A stretch of 64,000 bases of DNA from an uncultured Pseudanabaenaceae cyanobacterium (GTDB lineage: Bacteria > Cyanobacteriota > Cyanobacteriia > PCC-9006 > JAAUQQ01), in NCBI GenBank assembly GCA_938017515.1, contig CALIJJ010000060.1, positions 18,633-82,632 on the forward strand. Direction: 5' to 3'. The notes beneath the pieces are model-generated. The model saw only the letters and a program-made list of their open reading frames with translations. It ran no database searches and had not been told where the DNA came from. Shown piece by piece: positions 32,471-41,461 of the stretch (position 1 is the first letter of the stretch; each line of letters opens with the position of its first letter). The position numbers and the translations under genes are program-made.

Positions 32471-33823
32471 CTAGGCCAAACTGTGAACCAAGGCAACACC
32501 CGTCAAGCTAAAGGGGCGTACCTGCGTGATTTTGACGGGGACAATTTGTCCACGTAGTGCTTGGATATCTCCTTCAAAAAACGTCAGGCGGTTGGTGCGC
32601 GTGCGGCCCATGACCTGAGTTGGATCCTTAGGGTTGATGTCTTCCACAAGGATGGTTTCTACCCGATCGGCATAGCGCTGGGAGCGCTCCGCCGCTTGGA
32701 GACTGACTAAGTGATTGAGTCGTTGGAGGCGATCAGCCTTCACTTCTTCAGGGAGTTGGTTGTCCCAGGTGGCGGCGGGGGTGCCGGGTCGAGGGGAGTA
32801 CGCTGCGGTGTTGAGCAGATCGAAACCAATGTCCTCAACCAATTGGAGTGTGTCCTGAAACTGTTCCTCTGTCTCGCCCGGAAAAGCGACGATGGCGTCG
32901 GCACTGATGGCTGCATCGGGCAAATAGTGCCGTACTTTGTCGATGATGCGGCGATATTTTTCGTGGGTGTAGCCCCGGGACATGGCCTTGAGGATATCGT
33001 TGTTGCCGGACTGAAACGGAATGTGGAAATGCTCGCAAACGGTGGGCAGCTCGGCGCAGGCCTTGATCAATCGTTCGGTGAAGTAGCGGGGATGGCTGGT
33101 GGCAAATCGGATGCGCTCGATGCCGGGAACGTCATGGACGTAGTACAGGAGGTCCGTGAGCGTGTGCTTGTGGCGGCCTTCCGGTGTCGAACCGGGCAGA
33201 TCTCGGCCATAGGCGTCGATGTTTTGCCCCAGCAGCGTTATTTCTTTGAAGCCCTGGCGAGCAATGTCTTCCATCTCAGCCCGAATCGCTTCCGGTGTGC
33301 GCGATTGCTCTAAGCCTCGGACCCCAGGCACAACGCAGTAGGTGCAGCGTTCATTGCAGCCGTAGATCACATTGACCCAAGCCGTGATGTCGCTGTCGCG
33401 GCGGGGCTTGGTGATGTCTTCCATGATGTGGACGGGCTCGGTGGCCACCACCTGATTTCCCTGAAAAACCTGTTCGAGCAAATCGCCTAGACGATTGGCA
33501 TGCTGTGGTCCCATGACCAAATCTAGCTCGGGCACCCGACGCATGAGTGACTCACCTTCTTGCTGGGCAACGCAGCCCGCGACGACCAAGGTGACATTGG
33601 GATCCTGGTGTTTGCGTTTGGCTTGCCGACCGAGATAGGAGTAAACCTTTTGTTCGGCATTGTCACGAATGGTGCAGGTGTTGTAGAGAACTAGGTCTGC
33701 TTTGAATGGATCCTCCTCCCAGCTCATGCCCATCCCATCTAGAATTCCGGCCATGCGCTCGGAATCGGCTTTGTTCATTTGGCAGCCGAAGGTGGTGATG
33801 TGATAGCAATTGGGAGTGGACAT
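32471..33823 (-). CDS. miaB: tRNA-i6A37 methylthiotransferase MiaB (radical SAM)
   Basis: [22 protein letters not shown] (N-terminal cluster), [12 protein letters not shown] (radical SAM CxxxCxxC) and a TRAM-like C-terminus. The track ORF begins 7 codons earlier, at 33844. Confidence 0.92.
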   Translation of the reverse strand: MSTPNCYHITTFGCQMNKADSERMAGILDGMGMSWEEDPFKADLVLYNTCTIRDNAEQKVYSYLGRQAKRKHQDPNVTLVVAGCVAQQEGESLMRRVPELDLVMGPQHANRLGDLLEQVFQGNQVVATEPVHIMEDITKPRRDSDITAWVNVIYGCNERCTYCVVPGVRGLEQSRTPEAIRAEMEDIARQGFKEITLLGQNIDAYGRDLPGSTPEGRHKHTLTDLLYYVHDVPGIERIRFATSHPRYFTERLIKACAELPTVCEHFHIPFQSGNNDILKAMSRGYTHEKYRRIIDKVRHYLPDAAISADAIVAFPGETEEQFQDTLQLVEDIGFDLLNTAAYSPRPGTPAATWDNQLPEEVKADRLQRLNHLVSLQAAERSQRYADRVETILVEDINPKDPTQVMGRTRTNRLTFFEGDIQALRGQIVPVKITQVRPFSLTGVALVHSLA

Positions 33824-33915
33824 GGTAGGCCGTGAATGGGGCAACCTCCATCCTAACGTAGGAGCCCATTCGGTTCGATGTTGTGACTGATAAATCTTGT
33901 GACTGATGAGAACGG

Positions 33916-35178
33916 CTAGGGAGCCAGGTCGTCAGGCCTTTTCTTGCGATAAATGATGCAGCGGGCGCGGGATTCTTTCTCTAGGCATTGTTCAAATTCG
34001 CTTAGCACTGGAGAGGATTGTCCCTGGGACTGGCTCGGGGTTGAGGTGGGCGATCGCATCCCTCCGAACAGGCTATTGATCAACAGCAAACTCACCAGAA
34101 AACCAGAGAGCCCAACCCCCATTGTGCAGAGCGTTTTCACGAGATGGGAGGCCTGCTGGGCCAAGGGATATTTGCCCTGCTTGTATAGGGTGACGACTTG
34201 AGTGGTACAGAGTAATGACGAGAGACCCAAGGGCGGACAGGCAATGACCATCAGCAATACGAGTCGCCAATGGCGGGGAGGACAGGGTTGCTGATCGTAA
34301 ATCCCGTAGCGCTGCTTCCAGTCCTGAAAGCGATTGTTCTGGATGCGCCCCACCAATTCAAATTGGTAGATGTCTTGTAGGTCCAGAAAGATCAACCCTT
34401 CCCGAATTTTGTTCGGCAATGTTTGGTAGTTGACGCCGACACCCAGGGGACGTTCCACCAACACTTCTAGATAACTGTCCCGGTGCTGGAGGACGTGGCG
34501 GACCTGAACGCTGAATAGTCTCAGATCGGAGCGACGGTTGAAAAAGGCCTGGAGTTGTTCGGTGAGTTTGGTATCTTCGGTGTGTTGGCGGGCCTGTTGT
34601 AGTCGGAGTTTGGCATCATCTTGGCCAAAGTCATTGCAAATGGCTAATTCCCAGTCGGCCATGGCGCCGTCAAGGTCGCCGCAGCGGTTGCGGAGATTGC
34701 CCCGTTGGAAATAGGCCTCGGCTAAGTTGGGGTTGATGGCGATCGCCCGGTCAAAGGCCATTAATGCAGTCGCATCTTGCTGACGCTCAATGGCTTTGAG
34801 GCCTCTGTGGTAATAGATTTCGGCGTCTTCTTCACCGAGGGCAATGGCTTGTTCCCAGTCCTGGACAGCTTGGTCACCATTGCCTTGGGCATCATGGAGC
34901 AGCCCGCGCTTGGCGTAGGCACGGCTATGGTCGGGATTAAGACTGAGGGCCTGCTCATAGTCTTTAAAGGCGGCGACCGCTTGCCCAAGCTTGGCATAGG
35001 CAACGCCGCGCATGACCAGAACATCACTGGGGTGGGGGTGCCAGCGCATGGCTTTCTCAAAGGCGGCGATCGCTTGCCCATAGGCCATGCTTTGCAGAAA
35101 GGCGAGGCCTCGCTGGTAGTGCAGTAGTGAGAGCTTTTGATACCACAGCGGACTAACACTAACCTTAACCATGGCCAT
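33916..35178 (-). CDS. TPR-repeat protein with C-terminal membrane segments
   Basis: Several 34-aa TPR units ([69 protein letters not shown]). Two hydrophobic C-terminal helices ([38 protein letters not shown]). The start could be at 35232, 35178 or 35172. Confidence 0.75.
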   Translation of the reverse strand: MAMVKVSVSPLWYQKLSLLHYQRGLAFLQSMAYGQAIAAFEKAMRWHPHPSDVLVMRGVAYAKLGQAVAAFKDYEQALSLNPDHSRAYAKRGLLHDAQGNGDQAVQDWEQAIALGEEDAEIYYHRGLKAIERQQDATALMAFDRAIAINPNLAEAYFQRGNLRNRCGDLDGAMADWELAICNDFGQDDAKLRLQQARQHTEDTKLTEQLQAFFNRRSDLRLFSVQVRHVLQHRDSYLEVLVERPLGVGVNYQTLPNKIREGLIFLDLQDIYQFELVGRIQNNRFQDWKQRYGIYDQQPCPPRHWRLVLLMVIACPPLGLSSLLCTTQVVTLYKQGKYPLAQQASHLVKTLCTMGVGLSGFLVSLLLINSLFGGMRSPTSTPSQSQGQSSPVLSEFEQCLEKESRARCIIYRKKRPDDLAP

Positions 35179-35419
35179 TCTCCGAAAGTTAAGCTGCGGG
35201 GCATGGGCAAAACATGGTGACATTTGCCTCATTCTTCTATCAGCTTAACAATCTTCAAATAATTAGGGGATGGTCCGGTAACCCCATCTAGATGAGGGGA
35301 GGGGACATGAAAAATTCAATTTTTTGTGAAGAAGAGAAAATTCAGCTCCCCACGGTTATCGGATTTGGGTGAGGCGTTGAAACCCAATAGACAGAAAGCG
35401 ACTAAAACAGAAAGCCACT

Positions 35420-35458
35420 AAAAAAGGTCATGGATAGCGAGTATCCATAACCTTTTTT
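35420..35458. terminator. bidirectional hairpin terminator between the TPR gene and moeB
   Basis: AGGTCATGGATA (35425-35436) pairs with TATCCATAACCT (35442-35453) with one mismatch. It is flanked by A6 and T6 runs. A second small hairpin, ACGGGC-TCAA-GCCCGT, lies at 35467-35482. Confidence 0.6.
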
Positions 35459-35518
35459 ATACAATCACGGGCTCAAGCCCGTCACCCAAGACGGTGGTGT
35501 TGGCTTGAAAGCAGAGTG

Positions 35519-36787
35519 CTAGTAGGTCGGTACTGAGCTATCCACTTCATTGCTCCAGGCGGTAATGCCGCCTTTGACGTTGGTGCCTTCAATGCCGTTT
35601 TCCTTCAGGATGGCCAGAGCCTTGGCAGAGCGACCGCCCATCTTGCAGTGCGCAATGAGCTTGTGGCCGTTCAGTGCTTCCTTGACTTGAGCCACACCAT
35701 TACCGTTTTCGATGTCCGGTAGGGGAATGAGCACAGAGCCCGGGATCTTTGCAATCTCGTACTCGTGGGGATTGCGCACATCCAGCAACAGATAATCTTC
35801 GGCACTGCTGTCTAGGAGTGTTTTTAGTTCCGTTACGGTCATCTCAGGGATCATGCTCTTGGCCTCTTCTTCAGCTGCGTTGGCTTGGGGAATTCCACAG
35901 AACATCTCGTAATCGATCAGCTTTTCGATCACCGGACGCACAGGGTTGGGCTGGAGCTTCAGCTCCCGGAATTTCATGTTCAGAGAGTCGTAAAGCATCA
36001 AACGACCGCTGAGGCTCTGACCTTTACCTAGAATCAGTTTGATGGTTTCCGTTGCCTGGACGACGCCAATGATACCCGGCAAGATCCCTAGGACTCCGCC
36101 TTCGGCGCAGGAAGGCACCATGCCTGGCGGGGGGGGATCGGGATAGAGGTCGCGATAGTTTGGACCGGGCAGGGTTTCGTCGTAGAACCAGTCCTTATTC
36201 TTCTTGCGTCGCCCAGCCTTTTCTTCCTTACTGAGGTCATTCCAATCGTCGGGCCGTTTCCAGCCGCCCTTGCCATTGAAGACCGTGGCTTGGCCTTCGA
36301 AGCGGAAGATTGAACCGTAAACGTTGGGCTTACCCAGCAGGACGCAGGCGTCGTTGACCAGGTAACGGGTCGGGAAATTGTCGGTCCCATCCACGATGAT
36401 GTCGTAGGGTTCCATCAGCTCCAGGGCATTGTCGGAACTAATGGCGACTTCGTGGAGATCAACCTGACAGTGGGGATTGATTTCGTGGATACGGTCCTTG
36501 GCAGATTCGATCTTGGGCTTGCCGACCCAGGACGTTCCGTGGATGACCTGGCGCTGAAGATTGGAGTGATCGACGACATCGAAATCGACGATGCCAAGGC
36601 GACCCACTCCAGCGGCAGCCAAGTACAGCAGCAGTGGAGAGCCTAAGCCCCCGGTGCCAATGCACAAAACCTTGGCGGCCTTCAGGCGTTTTTGCCCCTC
36701 AACGCCGACTTCCGGCAGGATGAGATGCCGCGAATAGCGAGCGTAGTCATCCTGAGTCAATTCAAAATTGGTGTCTAGATTAAGCAT
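35519..36787 (-). CDS. moeB: adenylyltransferase/sulfurtransferase MoeB/MoeZ (E1-like ThiF domain plus rhodanese domain)
   Basis: 422 aa. [34 protein letters not shown] (nucleotide-binding), [10 protein letters not shown], and a C-terminal rhodanese with active-site CKMGGRS. It carries an atypical charged insertion of about 36 aa (aa 172-207). Confidence 0.9.
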   Translation of the reverse strand: [422 protein letters not shown]

Positions 36788-36976
36788 GATTCTTGAACGA
36801 CGGAGACACTGGTTTGAAGAACAAATCGTTCATCAAATGGATTGCAGAGGAAGGCCGGTGAGGGGATAACGATTGCCTGCAAAGTTGAGGAGTCTTTGAT
36901 AAGCGATCGTTCCGGATACCCAATGCTTTTCTATTCTCTCTCGAAAGGTCACGAATGGGATGAGAATGGTCTGAGC

Positions 36977-37564
36977 CTAGGGGGAAATCTCAATCTTTTC
37001 CGGCTGGAACTGGCTAACATCGTCCAAAATCCAGCTCCGCTGTTCGGCAATGCCAGTCGTACTTACGGACAAAATTAGATAGCTATAGGCGTGCCAGGCG
37101 GATTGGCGATCGCGTTCTGATGGCACGGCGGGATAGTCGGGGTGGGAGTGATAAATGCCGATGACGGACCAATCCTGCGATCGCGCAAACTTCTGGGCCT
37201 TGAGCAAATCTCGTGGATCAATCCAAAAGCGATCGGTCCGGTTGTGTTCCTGGCTAGGGTCATTCGCTGAAGCGTCAATGCCTTTCATGCTTTCGATGCC
37301 TTCAATACCTAAGATCGCCCGATGCTCAGCTTCAATCTCGGGCGTCCAGGCATTGGGGGTGGGCCAAACCTGGGTGACTTGTCGGTGGGTGACTTGTCGG
37401 TGGGTGATTTGTTGTTCGGTGATTTGTTGGTGGGATTGATCGGCAGCCATGACCTCTAGGGGACGATCGAGGGTGCCCAGTAGGAGACCGCAGCATTCTT
37501 GGGGGTATTGGGCGATCGCCGCCTGCTGGATCTGCTCGGTTTGGGTCTGGGTGAGCTGCAACAT
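36977..37564 (-). CDS. JAMM/MPN+ (Mov34) metalloprotease
   Basis: 195 aa. ECCGLLLG near the N-terminus and the JAMM motif HSHPDYPAVPSERD. It contains an internal tandem-repeat insertion, QQITEQQITHRQVTHRQVTQ. Confidence 0.85.
   Translation of the reverse strand: MLQLTQTQTEQIQQAAIAQYPQECCGLLLGTLDRPLEVMAADQSHQQITEQQITHRQVTHRQVTQVWPTPNAWTPEIEAEHRAILGIEGIESMKGIDASANDPSQEHNRTDRFWIDPRDLLKAQKFARSQDWSVIGIYHSHPDYPAVPSERDRQSAWHAYSYLILSVSTTGIAEQRSWILDDVSQFQPEKIEISP
37372..37435. repeat. in-frame short tandem repeat inside the JAMM gene
   Basis: GGGTGACTTGTCGGT occurs twice (37372-37401), followed by GGGTGATTTGTTG-type degenerate copies. It encodes the (T/V)HRQ(V/I)T repeats. Confidence 0.8.
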
Positions 37565-38266
37565 TTAGGCCACCGGTTCGAGCTGCTTGCTCTTTGCAGC
37601 TGTCGGATTGAGCCAAACCTCAATGCGACTAAGGCCATAGGAAAACACCAGTGTCATGACCAGGTACATCAGGGCCACCGTTAGGTAGATCTCAAACACC
37701 TGGTAAGTACGAGCAACAATCAACTTGCCCTGCATAAACATTTCCTGAAAGCCAATTACTGAGACGATGCTGGTGTCCTTGAGCATGATGATGAACTCAT
37801 TGCCCAGGGGCGGAATCATGCGCCGCAGAGCCTGGGGAAAAATGACGTACTGCATGGCTTGGGTCTCGCTGAGGCCCAGACTTTCCGATGCCTCTTGCTG
37901 ACCCATTTCGATGGACTGGATACCCGCACGAATAATCTCTGCAATGTAGGCTGCACTGTTGAGGCTAAGGGCGAGGATGGCGGCACTCCAGGGACTGAGG
38001 CGGAAATTGAAATCGGAGCTTTGGGCCAGGGCCGGAATGCCGAAGTAGACCATGAAGAGCTGAACAATCAGCGGTGTACCGCGAAAAAACTCAATATAGG
38101 CGCGGGCTGCCCAGCGTACGGGGCCATAGCGAGAAAGCCGACCAATGCCCAGGAGTGAGCCCCCCATGAGCCCCAGGACGGCGGAAGCGGCGGTGAGTCG
38201 CAGGGTCACTGTGGCTCCCATGAGGAGGACAGGCATCGCTTCGGCGATCGCATCAAAGTTGGCCAT
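37565..38266 (-). CDS. polar amino-acid ABC transporter permease (HisM/GlnP family)
   Basis: 233 aa. Carries the EAA-type signature SIEMGQQEASESLGLSETQAMQYVIFPQALRRMIPPLGNEFIIMLKDTS. Confidence 0.9.
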   Translation of the reverse strand: MANFDAIAEAMPVLLMGATVTLRLTAASAVLGLMGGSLLGIGRLSRYGPVRWAARAYIEFFRGTPLIVQLFMVYFGIPALAQSSDFNFRLSPWSAAILALSLNSAAYIAEIIRAGIQSIEMGQQEASESLGLSETQAMQYVIFPQALRRMIPPLGNEFIIMLKDTSIVSVIGFQEMFMQGKLIVARTYQVFEIYLTVALMYLVMTLVFSYGLSRIEVWLNPTAAKSKQLEPVA

Positions 38267-38310
38267 GGAAAGGTGCCTAGGGCAGAAGATTTAGGAGTGG
38301 TGATGAAGAC

Positions 38311-38349
38311 CTTGTCGGCATTCCAGGGCAGTCCCGGAATGCCGACAAG
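38311..38349 (-). promoter_or_regulatory. intercistronic 14-bp perfect stem-loop between the SBP and permease genes
   Basis: CTTGTCGGCATTCC (38311-38324) and GGAATGCCGACAAG (38336-38349) are exact reverse complements with an 11-nt loop. Confidence 0.5.
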
Positions 38350-38468
38350 ACCCATGGGAGAGCCGAGTCAACAACAACAACGACTTGGTTAAGGCCAGAT
38401 TGGGAAAGAATGCCAGATTGGGGAAAGCCCAAAATTTTTGGAAAGCCAAATTCTGGCAAAGCCAGAGG

Positions 38469-39275
38469 CTAGAATGCTGTCTCGGGCAGGCTAGGCGCAT
38501 CTGCGCCAAACCACTTTTGATAGATTTCGGCGTACTTGCCGCTCTCGATCACGCTGTTAAGGCCTGCATTGACCTTCTCGACGTTCTCAGATCCCTTGGG
38601 CATGGCAATGCCGTAGAACTCTTCCGTCAGGAGTTCTCCTACAACCTTGATGCCTTTGACGTTTCCAGTTGCGATCGCATCTAGTGTCACCGGACCATCA
38701 TTAATGACAGCATCTGCGTTCTTGTTGGAAAGCTCTTGGAGCGCCAGAGGGGCTGTCTCAAACGTTACGACTTCAGCACCCTCCACTTCCGCTGCTTTAT
38801 CCGCGCCGGTGGTCCCGATTTGCACCGCAATTTTCTTGCCTTTGAGGTCATCAAAAGACTTAATGCTTTCGTCCTCGGCTTGAACGGCGATCGCCAACCC
38901 TGCCTTGAAATAAGGTCTAGAAAAATCGACGTTTTGAGCCCGCTCTTGCGTGATCGTCATGGCACTAATCGCGGCATCGATCGTGCCCGATTGCAGGGCG
39001 GGGATCAAGGCATCAAAGCCCATGTTTTGAAACTCAACCTCAAAGCCCCCGGCTTCGCCTGCTGCCGTGAATAGGTCGATGTCGAATCCTTCAAATCCAT
39101 CGGCTACCTGGCTTTCAAAGGGAGGATAGGCTGCATCGGAGCCGACTTTGAGGATGCCGCTGTCAGTTCCGCCGCCACCGGAACTGCTGCAGGCTGCGAC
39201 TGTCATCACGAGCAATAAGCTGCACAGTGCTGGAGCCATTCGACGCAATAAACGAGAGCGAGAAAGAGTCAACAT
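38469..39275 (-). CDS. polar amino-acid ABC transporter substrate-binding lipoprotein (family 3 SBP)
   Basis: From ATG 39275 the product begins MLTLSRSRLLRRMAPALCSLLLVMTVAACSS (lipobox-like VAAC). This is followed by VGSDAAYPPFE, GFDIDL and DAAISAMTITQERAQNVDFSRPYF. Confidence 0.85.
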   Translation of the reverse strand: MLTLSRSRLLRRMAPALCSLLLVMTVAACSSSGGGGTDSGILKVGSDAAYPPFESQVADGFEGFDIDLFTAAGEAGGFEVEFQNMGFDALIPALQSGTIDAAISAMTITQERAQNVDFSRPYFKAGLAIAVQAEDESIKSFDDLKGKKIAVQIGTTGADKAAEVEGAEVVTFETAPLALQELSNKNADAVINDGPVTLDAIATGNVKGIKVVGELLTEEFYGIAMPKGSENVEKVNAGLNSVIESGKYAEIYQKWFGADAPSLPETAF

Positions 39276-39658
39276 ATGTTTCTCAAATGAATTGAATCGA
39301 ACCGAAACCGTCAACAGTCCCCCGTCAACAGTCCCAAAGGGGGTGGCAAATTCTACGAATAAAGCCTTAAAGACTCTGTATTCTTGAGGACGATTTTGAA
39401 TTGGAGGTTATGATAGCTTGCGACTCGAAGGTTGCTTCTATCTCTCCCTAAAATCCTCCAGAAGTAAGACAAAGTTCTTCACAAAATCATGGATTCCGTA
39501 GATTAATCGCAGGCATTAATGCTGCCGTTGTTGTGCAGGTTTCCATATCGCGATTGTTGATGCCGTTGGATGTCATGCAACTGGATCGAATATCGCGATC
39601 CCATGGGGACGGATTGGCTTGCTCAACTCTTTCTTCGTACAGGACACGTATCCGAAAG

Positions 39659-40423
39659 ATGGACAATACTTCTGCGATCGCCTTTCATCAGCTCACAAAG
39701 AATTTTGGCGACTTAGAGGTCCTCAAGGGCGTTAGCGGTCACATCAATACTGGTGAAGTGATCGCCATCATCGGCTCGTCTGGCTGCGGCAAAAGTACGC
39801 TGCTGCGCTGCTTCAACCGCCTTGAGAAAATTACGGGGGGGCAGCTCATCGTCGATGGTATTGATCTGTCCCAGCCTGATATTCCTGCGAAGGCCCTACG
39901 ATATCTGCACCAGCGAGTGGGCATGGTGTTTCAGCAGTTCAATCTTTTTCCCCACTTGTCCGTGCTGGATAACCTGACGCTGGCGCCCCAGAAGGTCCTG
40001 GGCTTGTCCAAGGCCGAGAGCCAGGAACGAGGACGGCGCTATCTCGACAAGGTGGGTCTGTCGGAAAAGGCGAATGCCTATCCGGAGCAGCTCTCGGGCG
40101 GGCAAAAGCAGCGGGTGGCGATCGCGCGATCGCTGTGCATGGAGCCCCAGGTTCTCTTGTTTGATGAACCGACCAGTGCCCTCGACCCGGAGCTCGTCGG
40201 AGAAGTACTCCTGGTGATGCGTCAGCTTGCAGACGAAGGTATGACCATGGTTGTGGTCACCCACGAAATGCAGTTTGCCCAGGAAGTGGCGAGCCGCGTC
40301 TTCTTTCTGAATCAGGGCCAAATTGAAGAGGAAGGCCCTGCAAAGCAGGTGATGACACAGCCCCAAAGCGAACGGCTGAGGACATTCCTCAGCCGTATCA
40401 ACACTGCCAACGTGTTGCGCTAG
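39659..40423 (+). CDS. polar amino-acid ABC transporter ATP-binding protein
   Basis: From ATG 39659. Walker A GSSGCGKST, Q-loop, signature LSGGQKQRVAIARSL, Walker B LLFDEPTSALD and H-loop VVVTHEM. Divergent from the SBP gene. Confidence 0.9.
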   Translation: MDNTSAIAFHQLTKNFGDLEVLKGVSGHINTGEVIAIIGSSGCGKSTLLRCFNRLEKITGGQLIVDGIDLSQPDIPAKALRYLHQRVGMVFQQFNLFPHLSVLDNLTLAPQKVLGLSKAESQERGRRYLDKVGLSEKANAYPEQLSGGQKQRVAIARSLCMEPQVLLFDEPTSALDPELVGEVLLVMRQLADEGMTMVVVTHEMQFAQEVASRVFFLNQGQIEEEGPAKQVMTQPQSERLRTFLSRINTANVLR

Positions 40424-40448
40424 TCGTCCAGTTTTGTCCCAGGCGGCT

Positions 40449-41168
40449 TTAGCGTCTGGCTTTGCTGGGCTTGGTGAGGTTGGGCTTCACTTGGCTGGCT
40501 TCCACCAGACTAGTCTCCCCTTCTAGGGCTGGCTCTGCTGCGATCGTCGGCTCCTCTTGAGCCGCAGCGAAGTCCATATTGCCCAAGGTCGCTAGGGTTT
40601 CATCGTGGGTGAGATACAGATGGCCCAGGGTTTTGCCGTTGTAAGCGCGTTTGGTGAGTCTCCAGCCGGGCTCCAGTTCTAGCTTAGAGAAGGAACGGGC
40701 TTCACCTTTGCTGCGAGCAATCAGCAGTTTGGCTTCGGCGGGGTTGCTGGTGGGAATGCCTACCAGCATCATTTCGCCACTGTGCTCGATGATTTTGAGG
40801 GTGTAGCGCCAGTTGAGATCCTCGCCCCCCACACGAATGGAGTAGCCGTTGCTGTCGGTGCTGCGACCGCAGATACCGCTGAAGTTGAAGCCCAACAGCA
40901 AGGGGTTGATCACCACAGGGACCGTGGCTGTGGAGACAGCGGTAGCAGCTTCCTCAGCCCAGCAATCGCGGCTTTGTTTTTGTTGTTCGACGATGGTGAG
41001 TTGGTGCCGACTGCCACCGTTGTAGGGGGTGGCCATCAGAACAAATTTGTCCTGATTCACTTCGGTGTTGTCGAAGGCAGGGCTGGCGGCGGCGGGCAAG
41101 ACCTGAGAAGAGCCCAAACAGGCGGCGGTGAGGAACGCAATGCGTTGCTGTGAAAGAGAGAATTGCAT
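40449..41168 (-). CDS. secreted hypothetical protein
   Basis: 239 aa with a signal-peptide-like N-terminus (MQFSLSQQRIAFLTAACLGSSQVLPAAASPA). Family not confidently recognised. Confidence 0.6.
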   Translation of the reverse strand: MQFSLSQQRIAFLTAACLGSSQVLPAAASPAFDNTEVNQDKFVLMATPYNGGSRHQLTIVEQQKQSRDCWAEEAATAVSTATVPVVINPLLLGFNFSGICGRSTDSNGYSIRVGGEDLNWRYTLKIIEHSGEMMLVGIPTSNPAEAKLLIARSKGEARSFSKLELEPGWRLTKRAYNGKTLGHLYLTHDETLATLGNMDFAAAQEEPTIAAEPALEGETSLVEASQVKPNLTKPSKARR

Positions 41169-41461
41169 AGGGAGAGCTGCTGATGCTGTGATAGGGGAGT
41201 GCTGAACCCTCTAAGGACCTAAGACGGTGGCCGAAAGAAAATGGGCGACACCATGGCCCGGAAGCAAAGGTTCGATATTCCTATGTATTCCCTTGTGTAA
41301 AAACTAAATCAGCTTTCTCCGTATAAAGATTGGAAGAAGAGTTCGGTACCCATCTTCATCATTTTTCTAACAGCGATCGCCCTATTTTTGGGTCCGAATG
41401 CGGCAACAATCGCTCTCAAATCGATGCCAAACTCAAACGTTTGCCAGGCAAAATTCCAGTC

